Shown: positions 27,069 through 39,910, counted from the stretch's first letter. The stretch: 64,000 nt of DNA from Octopus sinensis (GCF_006345805.1 NC_043004.1:101060001-101124000), one strand, 5' to 3'. Notes: generated by a model not told the origin, from the sequence alone. Numbers and translations are program-made.

Positions 27069-27306
27069 TATTCTTTTACTCTTTTACTTGTTTCAGTCAT
27101 TTGATTGTGGCCATGCTGGAGCACTGCTTTTAGTAGAGCAAATCGACCCCCAGGACTTATTCTTTGGAAGCCTAGTACTTATTCTATCGGTCTCTTTTGC
27201 TGAACTGCTAAGTTACGGGGATGTAAACACACCAGCATTGGTTGTCAAGTGATGTTGAGGGGACAAACACAGACACACATACATACATACATACATATAT
27301 ATATAT

Positions 27307-27345
<39 letters not shown>

Positions 27346-27568
27346 CATACATACATACATACATACATACATACATACACATACATACATACATACATAC
27401 ATACATGTGACGGGCTTTCAGTTTCCTTCTACCAAATCCACTCACAAGGCTTTGGTCAGCCCGAGGCTATAGTAGAAGACACTTGGCCAAGGTGCCATGC
27501 AGTGGGACTGAACCCAGAACTATGTGGTTCGTAAGCAAGCTACTTACCACACAGCCACTCCTATGCCT
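27069..27568 (-). mobile_element. SINE family A with expanded internal (CATA)/(GATA) repeat
   Basis: Full-length match. Confidence 0.9.
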
Positions 27569-27815
27569 AAATAAATCTATTTCTCCATCATATTTTAACG
27601 TCTCTCAATACCTCACCAAAATTCATCCCTATCTCTCCAGTTATTCCTAACCAGTGGTAGAGGTTCTTTAGTTTTGTGCTAGTACCACTCACACAAAAAA
27701 AATGTGACCTTTGCCCTATGAATAGTGACTGGTTTTAGGAAGGGCCTCCACTCGTTTCTAGTAATACAAGCCATGCCAACAAGGAAAATGGACATATAGT
27801 ACATATACATGTATG

Positions 27816-27847
<32 letters not shown>

Positions 27848-28031
27848 GTGTTGCTGTATACAAGTGTGTGTGTGTATGTGTGTCTGTGTGTGTGTGTAAG
27901 AATATGGTTATAAAACTGTGTGTGCATATGTATGTAGACATATATATATATACACATACATACATACACATATACATACATACATACATACATACACACA
28001 CATTATATAAATACATACATACATACATATA

Positions 28032-28065
<34 letters not shown>

Positions 28066-28456
28066 CATACACACACATTATATACATACATATATACATA
28101 CAGACACTAGATTCAGTGGCAAATACCAAGAGCTTAGTGCTGTTAGACCAATTCTATATGTATGACTAAATACCAACTGTATTTCTGAGAAGATTTCTCA
28201 AGAGCCTGGCTGTCGGAAGAACACCAGGAAATGCTTGTATTTATTCGTTATTTTACATTCTTTTTGTTTTATTGTTTTACTTTATTTTATTTTAAACAAA
28301 GTGATTCTTTTTAAAACTAATTTCATATTTACGTGTTAACATGTTCATGTGATTTTGTATGTGTGTGAACACACACCCATATACACACACATACATACAT
28401 GTCTATATGTATACGTGCATATATGTGTGTGAGTATATGTATATATATATATATAT

Positions 28457-28497
<41 letters not shown>

Positions 28498-28597
28498 TAT
28501 ACATGTATGTATTTATAACTGCATATAAACATATGTATATACATACACATACATACATGCAAACATACATACATACATGCAAATATATACCTATATA

Positions 28598-28654
<57 letters not shown>

Positions 28655-28925
28655 CACACATGATATTTGTAAGTATGTACGTTGCATAAGACACATACTA
28701 TGGACAATACAGAAGTACTGCTATATATATGTTTAAATGAAATAAGAAAAACGCTAGACAGTACAGATGTATTTTATTTATTTTTTTTTTCTTTTTGCTT
28801 TTTTAACAGTTTATATCATTGATCTTCTGAAAGATGAATGATATGAATTGTAAAATGGAAAAGAAATACACTTGTATTGTCTACTTGCTTCTTTGTATTT
28901 TTTCATTGAAATATATATATGTATA

Positions 28926-28988
<63 letters not shown>

Positions 28989-29120
28989 GCATATATATAT
29001 ATGTATATAATATATATATATATACATACGTATATATATCTATATATCTATATATACATATATATCAAGTACTCACCCTGAATTCTATATACATATATAT
29101 ATATATATATATATACATAT

Positions 29121-29153
<33 letters not shown>

Positions 29154-29183
29154 GATATATATATATAATATATATATATACAA

Positions 29184-29215
<32 letters not shown>

Positions 29216-29577
29216 GTATATAAAACTGCTTCTGTATATACCCATAACATATCTCTTTGGTTTCATTTCAATTAGACATTTTCACTTAGGCAGGTGAGGG
29301 TAAAAGGACGGAGACAAAGAGGAGGAGAAAGAACGGCAAAAGCATGTACTGCACACTGAGTGCATAACGCAGAATCTTAGAGATCTAAGTGAGACTGCCA
29401 CTCAACACCAAACAAGATGTTGTTTGATGAAGTACAATCGTTTCTTTCTAGCTGTTTCAGATCTCGTGAAAGTTGATCTGAGAAACTGAAAGCCATGACT
29501 AGGAAACTTAGCTTCTGGGATAATGACATTCTGACTATGTCTAAGGTTTTGTTTTGTTAGGAGTGCATTTTGTTTGC

Positions 29578-30282
29578 TATTCATCATCATCATCATCATC
29601 ATCGTTTAACGTCCGCTTTCCATGCTAGCATGGGTTGGACGGTTCGACCGGGGATCTGGGAAGCCAGAAGGCTGCACCAGGCTCCAGTCTTATCTGGCAG
29701 TGTTTCTACAGCTGGATGCCCTTCCTAATGCCAACCACTCCGAGAGTGTAGTGGGTGATTTTATGTGCCACTGACACAGATGCCAGATGAGGCTGGCAAA
29801 CGGCCACACTCGGATGGTGTTTTTTATGTGCCACCGACACAGGTGCCAGACGAGGCTGGTGAACGGCCACGCTCGGATGCTGTTTTTTATGTGCCACCGA
29901 CACAGGTGCCAGACGAGGCTGGCGAACGGCCACGCTCGGGTGCTGTTTTTTATGTGCCACCGACACAGGTGCCAGACGAGGCTGGCGAACGGCCACGCTC
30001 GGATAGTGTTTTTTACGTGCCACCGACACAAGTGCCAGACGAGGCTGGCGAACAGCCACGCTCGGATGGTGTTTTTTATGTGCCACCGACACAGGTGCCA
30101 GACGAGGCTGGCGAACAGCCACGCTCGGATGCTGTTTTTTATGTGCCACCGACACAGGTGCCAGACGAGGCTGGCGAACGGCCACGCTCGGATAGTGTTT
30201 TTTACGTGCCACCGACACAAGTGCCAGACGAGGCTGGCGAACAGTCACGCTCGGATGCTGTTTTTTATGTGCCACCGACACA
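29578..30282 (-). mobile_element. Family D element with an expanded internal 63-bp VNTR
   Basis: (atc)n tail at 29581, D body, then the tandem array. Confidence 0.85.
29765..30282. repeat. 63-bp minisatellite, 8 full units plus 14 bp
   Basis: Unit gtgccaccgacacaggtgccagacgaggctggcgaacggccacgctcggatgctgttttttat, starting at 29765 + 63n. Confidence 0.95.
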
Positions 30283-30555
30283 AAATATCTATTCTAACTT
30301 GATACAATTTGTTCTGAAAGATTTATGGTTTAAATTGTATAAAAAAAGATTAATATTATCTTTCTTCTTTTTTCATTTAAACATTTAATTTATATGTATA
30401 TACAGTGACTGGTTTAAGGTGATAATGGCCTTCTGTCGGACCATTCACACTTTTTGTTACTACTAACAGCTACAATTGGTACAAGTATACTATGAGACTA
30501 TCTGATCTCAATTGGCTGGCTGTTGAATCTAATGAGTTCCTCTGCTCTTTGGCAG

Positions 30556-30618
30556 GTCTTGGTTTTCATCCCTTGGGATGTCCAATAATCACCCGCCTCA
30601 CTAAGCAGGCTTGGTTTG
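30556..30618 (+). CDS. Candidate 63-nt phase-1 cassette exon (xLGFHPLGCPIITRLTKQAWFx)
   Basis: ctaat, then ttcctctgctctttggcag acceptor; ttg|GTTAGT donor; only the phase-1 frame is open. Confidence 0.33.
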
Positions 30619-30767
30619 GTTAGTGGTTTAGTTGCTGACCATATAACGGGTTGTACTGGGTGGTTGCCTATTATAAGTAGCACTCAAGAATGGCCTGACC
30701 TATGTATATGTATATGTATATATAAATAAATGAAAGAATGGAGTCGAACGAGGATGTTAACAAAATT

Positions 30768-30860
30768 CCTTTACTCTCGACACATGTTTCAAAGACAGCA
30801 TATTTTTATTCCGAAGGAATAAAGGGTGCATTATGCAATCTTCTCATCAGGAAAGAAAGG
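30768..30860 (-). ncRNA. Type I hammerhead ribozyme, canonical core, GUC cleavage triplet
   Basis: Minus strand reads ccuuucuuuc-CUGAUGA-gaaga...ucuuu-GAAAC-AUGU-GUC-gagaguaaagg. Stem I has 10 bp with one bulge. Stem II is long and ends in uuuauucc/ggaauaaa. Stem III ACAUGUGU is self-complementary with two GU wobbles. Predicted cut between 30779 and 30778. Confidence 0.85.
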
Positions 30861-30969
30861 GAGCCTCTCTCGACAAGAAGACAAACAAAAATTTCGATGA
30901 TTGCCTACATGGTAAAACAAAGCGATAATGAGTGTTTTTTTTTTAAATCCGTTAGAAGAATTGACGTCA

Positions 30970-31001
<32 letters not shown>

Positions 31002-31106
31002 ATAAGAGAAAAAAATGGATATAAAGACAATGGGTAACTCAAGGTTTATGCTGGCATGTCTTTAATTAAATAGCTAACAAAGAAGTAAGAAGCAGAGATG
31101 AGGGTG

Positions 31107-31157
31107 GCATTTACGATCGTTTTGATTTACAGGAGTAAGTAAATCTCTTCAGAATGC
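31107..31157 (-). ncRNA. Type I hammerhead ribozyme with G12A core mutation (probably inactive)
   Basis: Minus strand reads gcauu-CUGAAGA-gauuuac-uuacuccu-guaaauc-AAAAC-GAUC-GUA-aaugc. Perfect 5-bp stem I and 7-bp stem II, palindromic stem III; G12 is A. Confidence 0.75.
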
Positions 31158-31792
31158 GAGTATGGATAGATGCATCGGTTAGGGTGGGAAAATGATTGAT
31201 ACATATGTGATGGTAATGTAAACAAATTGGTAATTCTTACATTGAAATTTTGTTCTTGCACTGGTAAATTCATTTGGTAGAGGTTTGCTTGTGGTAGATT
31301 GGTTAGTTGTGTAATTAGGGTGGGGTGAGTATTATTTAGGTGCATATTATTTATATATATGTATATATATATATATATGTTCAGCTGTTTGCTTCCCTAC
31401 CAGATGATTTTAGATTCAGTCTCACAGCATGGCACCTTGAGCAAGTCTTTCTACTATAGTTCTGTCCTCAGCATGTGCATGTGCATGCGTTTGTGTGTGT
31501 GTGTGTGTGTTAGCATTTCCTTGCCCTGCTGTTATGTGATCAAATGACGGTTGTAAATAAGCATCAGAATCATATAGGCAGTGTCTTTCATTTTCAATCT
31601 TCCATGAAAATATCTGGCAATGGGGAGATGTTACCCCACTTAGAAACAGGCGAGTGTTGACAACAGGAAGGACAGCCAACTGTAGAAAAACTGACTCAAC
31701 AAATTCCGCCTGACCCATGTGAGCAAAGGAAAAATGGACATTAAAATGATGATGAAATGATATATGTATATGCATAAATATGCATATATATA

Positions 31793-32013
31793 TGGCAGAA
31801 ACGTTAGCATGCCGGGCGAAATGCTTAGCGGTATTTCGTCTGTCGTTACGTTCTGAGTTCAAATTCCGCCGAGGTCGACTTTGCCTATCATCCTTTCGAG
31901 GTCGATAAATAAAGTACCAGTTTCACACTGGGGTCGATGTAATCGACTTAATTCCTTTTGTCTGTCCTTGTTTGTCCCTTCTATGTTTAGCCCCTTGTGG
32001 GCAGTAAAGAAAT
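31793..32013 (+). mobile_element. SINE family B
   Basis: Match to the B copies. Confidence 0.88.
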
Positions 32014-32956
32014 ATATATATATATATGTATGTGTGTGTGTAAGTGTATGTATTTTTATGTATATTTGAAGTGTCCCATGTCATATCTATATGAATATTA
32101 TTTCTCTACTTACATGATGTGTCTAATACATTAATTTCATTGATTCTCATATATTCCACTTATATATACATGAATTATGCCATAACGAGAAAATTTTCAT
32201 ATAAACTGAATTCTCTTTCCTAAACTTAACGAAACTTTTCTTCTTTCCATAACTCGAAATACATGGTTGTCTTCATATACAAGATATAAATAATTATTAA
32301 ATACTTATATAACTGCATTAATTTCAAACTGCAAATTTCTGACCTGTGTAATTATTGAAAACAACCTTCAGTTTATTCTGAGTTTTGGCTCTGAATCAAA
32401 ATATTAATTTAAATTTTATAATTATTTTATTAATAGTTTTGTTATTGTTTTAATTGTACCTCATAAACATACATCACATAACGACCACAGCTCTTGGATT
32501 CGTTCTTACATCTCTCCTCACTCTGTTCACACTTCTTTCTTTTCATTTCTTTTATATTCTCTCTCTTGCTCATAGCCCTCACCTTCATTTATCATTATCT
32601 CTGACAAGCTTCCCACTATCTCCATTGTTGCACATCTACCTCTCTGCTTAATTCATTCTTTTTGATTAATGTTTTCTGGGTGTTTTGTTGGTTTTTCTTT
32701 TTTGCATTTTTTGTTTTAATGTTTTGACGTTCCAACATTTGTTTTTTTTTGTCTTTAACTATTTAAATGATTAAATTTTATATATTAATCCGTATCTCTG
32801 AAGAAACAACTATGTCTTGTAGTGAAACAAGTTATAACATGTAAGATATTCTTTTTATAAATTATACATATTCATATACTCTACATTCTAAATGTTTTGA
32901 TGTTTTGAGAGCTTTTTTCAGAACTGTTATCTACTTAATCACATTGGATATATTCA

Positions 32957-33020
<64 letters not shown>

Positions 33021-33029
33021 GTCGATCTG

Positions 33030-33076
<47 letters not shown>

Positions 33077-33097
33077 GTCTATCTGTCTATCTGTCTG

Positions 33098-33217
<120 letters not shown>

Positions 33218-33260
33218 ATACATGCACTCACTTTACACATACATACATATATATATACAG

Positions 33261-33460
33261 TTAATCCAAACAAGAAAGCACAAAAAAACACAACGCGAGG
33301 ACGTGGAACAAGTATAGTTTTATTGGACACTGTGTGTATGAATTAGGAGTTGGTATTGTTATAGAATTGGAACGTGTGCAGTGGTATTATATGTGTAGTG
33401 TCTTTAGAAGGAAAGATCCAGAGAAGGGAAGACGGAGGAAAAGAAAAATCGCCAACGGTA
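33261..33460 (-). mobile_element. Sister copy of the 36.8 kb Penelope-like element, ribozyme segment replaced
   Basis: Aligns to 36801-36874 and 36933-36990; the central 58 nt are replaced by unrelated sequence at 33329-33404. Confidence 0.7.
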
Positions 33461-35856
33461 CATATATACACATATACACACACACACACACACACATTAA
33501 TCAAAGTGTACAGTAATTACATGTCCATTACAGCCAATCTTACCAATCAGTTTTGCACTGGGGTGGAGTGAGCACTAGTGGGACATCTGCCACTAACCCC
33601 ATCCCTCTAAAGACACTACACACGTTCCAATTCTATAACAATACCAACTCCTAATCCATACACACATTTCTAGAAAACCCTTGGGGCTTTGCAACACCCC
33701 AGAGGCCTTCTTGGTGCCAAGGGACATAACTCTTACCTTGGCCCTTGCCCAGTTTCTTTTTGACTTTTTTCCCACCAACCACAAACCGGATGTGTCTTTC
33801 CACCCCCAGGTTCAGTTTGCTTCAGACCTCCATCTGTGGACAGACCTTGCATAGATAAAATTAGCTAGGTGTAGATGCAATCGGTAATCCTCAATGCAGC
33901 AGAAACATATGTCAGTCATATTTAAACCAAATATGTTGTATAATTGACAAAAGAAACATAAAAATATTGCAGATATACTAATCTCTGTATTCATTGTAAC
34001 TGTCTTATATATAGATATATATATATTATATATATATATATATATGTATATATATGTTATATATAGTATATATATGTATATATATATAGGTATATATATA
34101 ATATCTATATATATATATATATATATATATATGAGTAGGAGTCATCTTTAGCCAAACAACATATATGCGCGTGTGTATATAAATTATATACACATACAGA
34201 CACACACACACACACACATATGTATATGATGGGCTTCCACACAATTTCCATTTACCAGATTCACTCATGAGTCATTGGTCGGCCTGGGGCTATAGTAGAG
34301 GACACTTATCCAAGGTGTGCTGCACTGGGGGACTGAACTCAAGACTACATGATTGCAAAGAAAGTTTCTTAATCACCCAGCCATAGTCACAAAACCCTTC
34401 CTTTAAAAAGAAGAAAATAAACAAATAAAACAATATTAGTTTATTACAAGTACTAATTTAACTAACCTTGAAAGAATAAAAGCACTGGTATAATTGGAAC
34501 TCAGCATTTTAATACATTGAACTAACTATTTATAAAGCAACAAGTCTGGGAACACTTTGATATTCGTCCCAACTCACATACCCTTAATGCTATCAATGAT
34601 TTCTAACAGCGGTAATTACAGCGCCTTGCACTTTATAAGAGGGAATGAGAGAGTCTGTAGTTCAGGCATTTCTCAAGAGCTCTATCAATATAATGATAAT
34701 GCTATTTATTGGATTATTGTAATGTATTATAGCATTTTCTGTTATCTCCATTGAGAATAAAAACAGAAACTATAAAAAAACTTATCCAGTTCCACTTTGC
34801 TATTTTTCTATAACTGGCTGTTGTTTGGCCGAAGATGACTCCCACCCAAAACAATGCTGCTGCTGTGGATGCTGCTGCTACTGCTGCTTGTTACAGCTTA
34901 ATTTCTAAATTGATATGAACTTATATGGGTGGACAGCTACGTGCCTAGAATTAGTGCCAGTTTTTACTGATACTTGTGTTTGTAGTTGGCTGTTTCTACC
35001 AGAGTTTGCATTTTTTTGTTCATGTTTACCTCAACTGAAAGTAAAACTGCTTTTGTTGCTGTTGATAAACCACAACGTTTCCTTTCCTTGATGTTAATAT
35101 TTATTAACGTCTTTTTTTAACATCATATTTTATAGCTAAGGAGAAGAGTAATCAATCTCTTATAGACTTTTGCAGACCTGCCACTCATTGTAGAGGATAG
35201 TTTAATTGATGATCGACATGTTTTTAAAGAAAGCATAAATAGGGAGGCGATTTCTGAGACAATACAGTTCTACAGAAATGGAATTGGAAAAGTGTTTAGA
35301 ATAGGGTTGAGAGAGATGAAACAGCAAAAGTAACAGCATAAGAAATGCCAAATGAATTTTGTGTCTCGCAATTTGTTAGTTCAAGGAAGCAGCAAGTGGT
35401 GTAGCTGTGGTAGAAGCAGGGCCAGTTTTGAGCCAATTAGATAGATCTGTTCGAATTGGGCCCTGGCCGTAAGAGGGCCCCACACACATACTCGATCAGA
35501 GAACACAATGATGAAATTTTAGTATTGTAAAAAGCACCCACTACACTCATGGAGTGGTTGGCGTTAGGAAGGGCATCCAGCCGTAGAAACATTGCCAGAT
35601 CAGACTGGAGCCTGGTGCAGCCTTCTGGCTTCCCAGACCCCAGTTGCACCGTCCAACCATCCCAGCATGGAAAGCGGACGCTAAACGATGATGATGTAGG
35701 TAATGGTGGGGACTCATGCCCTCAATACCTTTTGACTGGGACTGATGTTCTACACGAAGCATAAATCATCAATCTTCAGCTTTTGTAGAGTAGAGGAACC
35801 CCAATGACAATTCTCAAATCAGGCCACTCACTTTCTAGCTCCATCCCTGGTTAGAA

Positions 35857-36423
35857 GTAAGAGGACATAGTGTATCAGTAAATGATTGATGGTGAATAAC
35901 GCTTTGCCTCTCAGTCAAAGTAAGAGGACATAGTGTGTCAGTAAATGATTGATGGTGAATAACGCTTTGCCTCTCAGTCAAAGTAAGAGGACATAGTGCA
36001 TCGGTAAATGATTGATGGTGAATGACGCTTTGCCTCTCAGTCAAAGTAAGAGGACATAGTGTGTCGGTAAATGATTGATGGTGAATAACGCTTTGCCTTT
36101 CAGTCAAAGTAAGAGGACATAGTGTGTCGGTAAATGATTGATGGTGAATAACGCTTTGCCTCTCAGTCAAAGTAAGAGGACATAGTATGTCGGTAAATGA
36201 TTGATGGTGAATAACGCTTTGCCTCTCAGTCAAAGTAAGAGGACATAGTGCATCGGTAAATGATTGATGGCGAATGACGCTTTGCCTCTCAGTCAAAGTA
36301 AGAGGACATAGTGTATCGGTAAATGATTGATGGTGAATGACGCTTTGCCTCTCAGTCAAAGTAAGAGGACATAGTGCATCGGTAAATGATTGATGGTGAA
36401 TGACGCTTTGCCTCTCAGTCAAA
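35857..36423. repeat. 63-bp minisatellite, exactly 9 units
   Basis: Unit gtaagaggacatagtgtatcagtaaatgattgatggtgaataacgctttgcctctcagtcaaa; unit 9 starts at 36361. Confidence 0.96.
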
Positions 36424-36800
36424 TGAAGATATCCTCTTGGTACCTCAAATACTGTCTGCCTTAAATGTTGTCCACTTGTCCCTTTGATGTCTAAGCCAAT
36501 TGCAATTCCTCCAAGGCTGGAATCCAGCATTGATATCTTACACTATTTGCTTCCTGGATTTATTCCTACAGTTTCTTCCTTTATGATCATGTGTCTACAA
36601 AACTTTGAAAGGGCAGCAAGTATTAGCTTGAGAGACTAGGGTTAAAGTATGGCATTGGTCTTAGATTTCAGCAGAACCATCAGAAATTAGAAAGATAACT
36701 GCAATTAGGTAAGTTTGAGCAGGTGACAGATTCATACCTGAATGCACTAAAAAGCTAAATAAATATATATATATGAATATATATACATATATATATATAT

Positions 36801-37000
36801 AGTTAATCCAAACAAGAAAACACAAAAAAAACACAACAACGCGAGGACGTGGAACAAATATAGTATTATTGGACGCTCAGGAAAGAAGGAGGGTTTAACG
36901 TTTCGAGCGGAGCTCTTCGTCGGAAACATAGGAGAAGGAAAGATCCAGAGAAGGGAAGACAGAGGAAAAAAAATCGCCAATGGTACACACGAGGTCACAC
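36801..37000 (-). mobile_element. Short non-autonomous Penelope-like element / terminal-repeat fragment carrying a hammerhead motif
   Basis: Carries the ccgacgaagag...cgaaacgtt terminal-type motif, is flanked by (TA)n and (CATA)n, and has a near-identical sister copy at 33261-33460. Confidence 0.6.
36893..36927 (-). ncRNA. Minimal hammerhead ribozyme variant (U4C, one extra A) in a Penelope-like terminal repeat
   Basis: Minus strand reads guuu-CCGACGA-a-gagc-ucc-gcuc-GAAAC-GUU-aaac. 4-bp stem I, 4-bp stem II, ACGU palindromic stem III. Confidence 0.6.
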
Positions 37001-37095
37001 ATACACTCACGCACACACATGCATGCATACATACATACATACAAACATGCATGCATACATACATGCATACATACATACATACATACATACATACA

Positions 37096-37131
<36 letters not shown>

Positions 37132-37582
37132 TATATATTGTTGAAATTTAAAGAAAAACAAAAGATGAAGATAGGTGTATGAACACAGACTCATACACAA
37201 ACACACACACACACACACACAGAAATGTGTGTGTGTGTGTGTATCGGAGAAATATATATATATGACACTGATACTTACATATTAAGTCAGAGATACAAAA
37301 TATCGCGTGATAAGCACACGCTATATATAAATGCATACTCATACACAGGAACACGTATAATCTTCAATGGGCATATACATATATAATGTGTGCGTGTGTG
37401 TATATATATATATAATATATATATACAAATACATATGTGTTTACACAAACACAAACAATGCCTTTATCCCAAGTGTACATGTACATGTGTACACATTTAT
37501 ACATAGGTGTACAGGCAGACTCATACCCACTCAAACTGATACAGATATTCTTATAATTTCAAGCACACACACATCTATGTAC

Positions 37583-37641
<59 letters not shown>

Positions 37642-37965
37642 GACACATCTACACATACATTGTAAGATGACTATCTGGAAATTGTTTCTTATTCAACAGT
37701 TGTATTAATGCTGGCATTTTTATTGCCACTTTATCTTAGGCCCTCCTATATACACCCACATTCCACATACATAGATCTACACATAATATATATATAGTCC
37801 AAGTGATGACTGGAGATAATCCGTAATACTACACATCCACCGTTACAAATGTTGTTTACTACAAAGCTACTACACAGGACACTTCATGTTACATAGCAAC
37901 ACAACACAGCTTATACATGCAGTACTCCTAAAGTATACTAGAGACTCACATCCTACAAAAAATGT

Positions 37966-38500
37966 TCAGGCATTTTTCCATATTCTGAACGCCTTACCTC
38001 CCTGGACATGGATACAGTGAAACTCCGACGTCTGGCAGCTGACTTGGCAGACACCCATAAAATTATTAACCATCTTACAAACAATAACTCTGAGCACCTT
38101 TTCAAACTCCACCCATCTAACACCCATGGACATGTTTACAAAGTCAGAAAACAGCACAGTTCCCATGACTCTCAGAAACATTTTTTACATGCTAAGAGTT
38201 GCTGAAGGATGGAACAAACTGCCGGCATCAGTTGTTAGTTGTTGGAGCACTGCATCCTTCAAAACTTCCATGCTTCCTGAGATTCACCAACACTACATCT
38301 GATTTTCTTCCCTCCATACACATGCAAGCATGTATCTGACTCATACACTGTTCACTTCCCAGACATTTGTACATTATTGCATATGCTTTACATGCACTTT
38401 TGACAAGTTGTGGTGCACCTGAGCACTGTATACAATAATTTCATTATTATTATATTATTATTATTATTATATTATTATTATTATTATTATATCATTATTA
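37966..38500 (+). mobile_element. 5'-truncated CR1-type LINE 3' end with 3' UTR and (ATT)n tail
   Basis: PYSERLTSLDMDTVKLRRLAADL...HGHVYKVRKQHS...RVAEGWNKLPASVV, then stop, UTR and (att)n at about 38440-38500. Confidence 0.85.
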
Positions 38501-38614
38501 TTACATTATCTATCATGCAACAGCATCAAAATATAAGGTGAAGGTGCCTCTATTTGATCTATTGAAATAAGTGTTAATCAACATCAACTTCATTTAATGT
38601 CCCCTTTCCATATT

Positions 38615-38832
38615 CGTTAGCGCACCGGGCGAAATACTTAGCGGTATTTCGTCTGTCGTTACGTTCTGAGTTCAAATTCCGCCAAGGTCGACTTTGCCTT
38701 TCATCCTTTCGGGGTCGATAAATAAAGTACCAGTTTCGCACGGGGGGGGGGGGTCGATGTAATTGACTTAATCCCTTTGTCTGTCCTTTTTTGTCCTCTA
38801 TGTTTAGCCCCTTGTGGGCAATAAAGAAATAC
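38615..38832 (+). mobile_element. SINE family B (5'-truncated)
   Basis: Match to the B copies. Confidence 0.85.
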
Positions 38833-38997
38833 ATATTAGCAGAGGTTGGACAGTTTGACAGGAATTAGTAAGCAAGAAGACAGTATGAAACTCTACTGTC
38901 TGCTTTGGCATGCTTTCTATAGGCGCATGGTTCTGGGTTCAATCTCACAGCGTGGCACCTTGGGCAAGTGTCTTCTGCTATAGCCAGACAGACAGAC

Positions 38998-39040
<43 letters not shown>

Positions 39041-39910
39041 TTCACACATGCATGCACACTCTCATGTAGACAAAATATAATTCAAGTTGCACATGTGCAC
39101 ACGTCCAAACACTCTGCACTTATGAATATTGACCCATCCATGCATCATACTCCAAACTTTGCATTTATACCCAACACACATGCACACACACACACACACA
39201 CACAGCCATATGCTTTCTATGCACTTGCACAGCATACATGCACACACATACATGCATACACATACACAAGTAGAACCAGCATGGCTCTTTTTGGCATCGG
39301 GCAGTAGGAGTGGATGGACACATAGAGACAAGCAAGCTAGAAAGGGAATTAGTGATCAGTTCTAGCGACAGGCCAAGTGGGTAGGGTACATCTTGGATTT
39401 AACCCATCTGGAGAGTCAACACTGAGAGGAAGACGAATCACACTTTGTCCCTTGTATTAATAGTTCCCCATACTACAGTATCTTAGATAACCCTTTCTCT
39501 TATGAGCACAAGGCCTGTAATTTTGGAGAAGGGTGCAGTCAATTATATCAACACTAGTACTCAACTGGTACTTATTTCATTGATCTTGAAAGGACGAAAA
39601 GCAAACGTTAACCTTGTTGGAATCTGAAATCAGAACATACCAACAGGAAAAATACCGCTAAACATCTCATCCAGCATGCTAGGGATTCTTCCAGTTTACC
39701 ACTTTTATAAGCATCTTAGATAATGGTTTCAAATTTTGGTACAAGACCAGCAAGTTCAGGGGTGAGTGGTAGTTAATACCATTGACCCCAATGTTCAAAT
39801 GGTACTAATTTTATTGACCCTGAAAGGACAAGAGGCAAAGTCATCCTTAGTGGAATTTGAACTCAGAACGTAAAGATGGACGAAATACCACTAAGCATTT
39901 TGTCAGGCAA

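Noticed and set aside
29690-30388. Cys/His-rich repeat ORFs resembling a zinc-finger or metal-binding protein
   Set aside because: They are translations of a 63-bp VNTR inside a retroelement, open in four frames, with no C2H2 spacing.
35835-36530. 231-aa repeat ORF, or CRISPR-like array
   Set aside because: Units are contiguous near-identical 63-mers with no unique spacers. The ORF has an in-frame stop just upstream of the ATG and no independent support.
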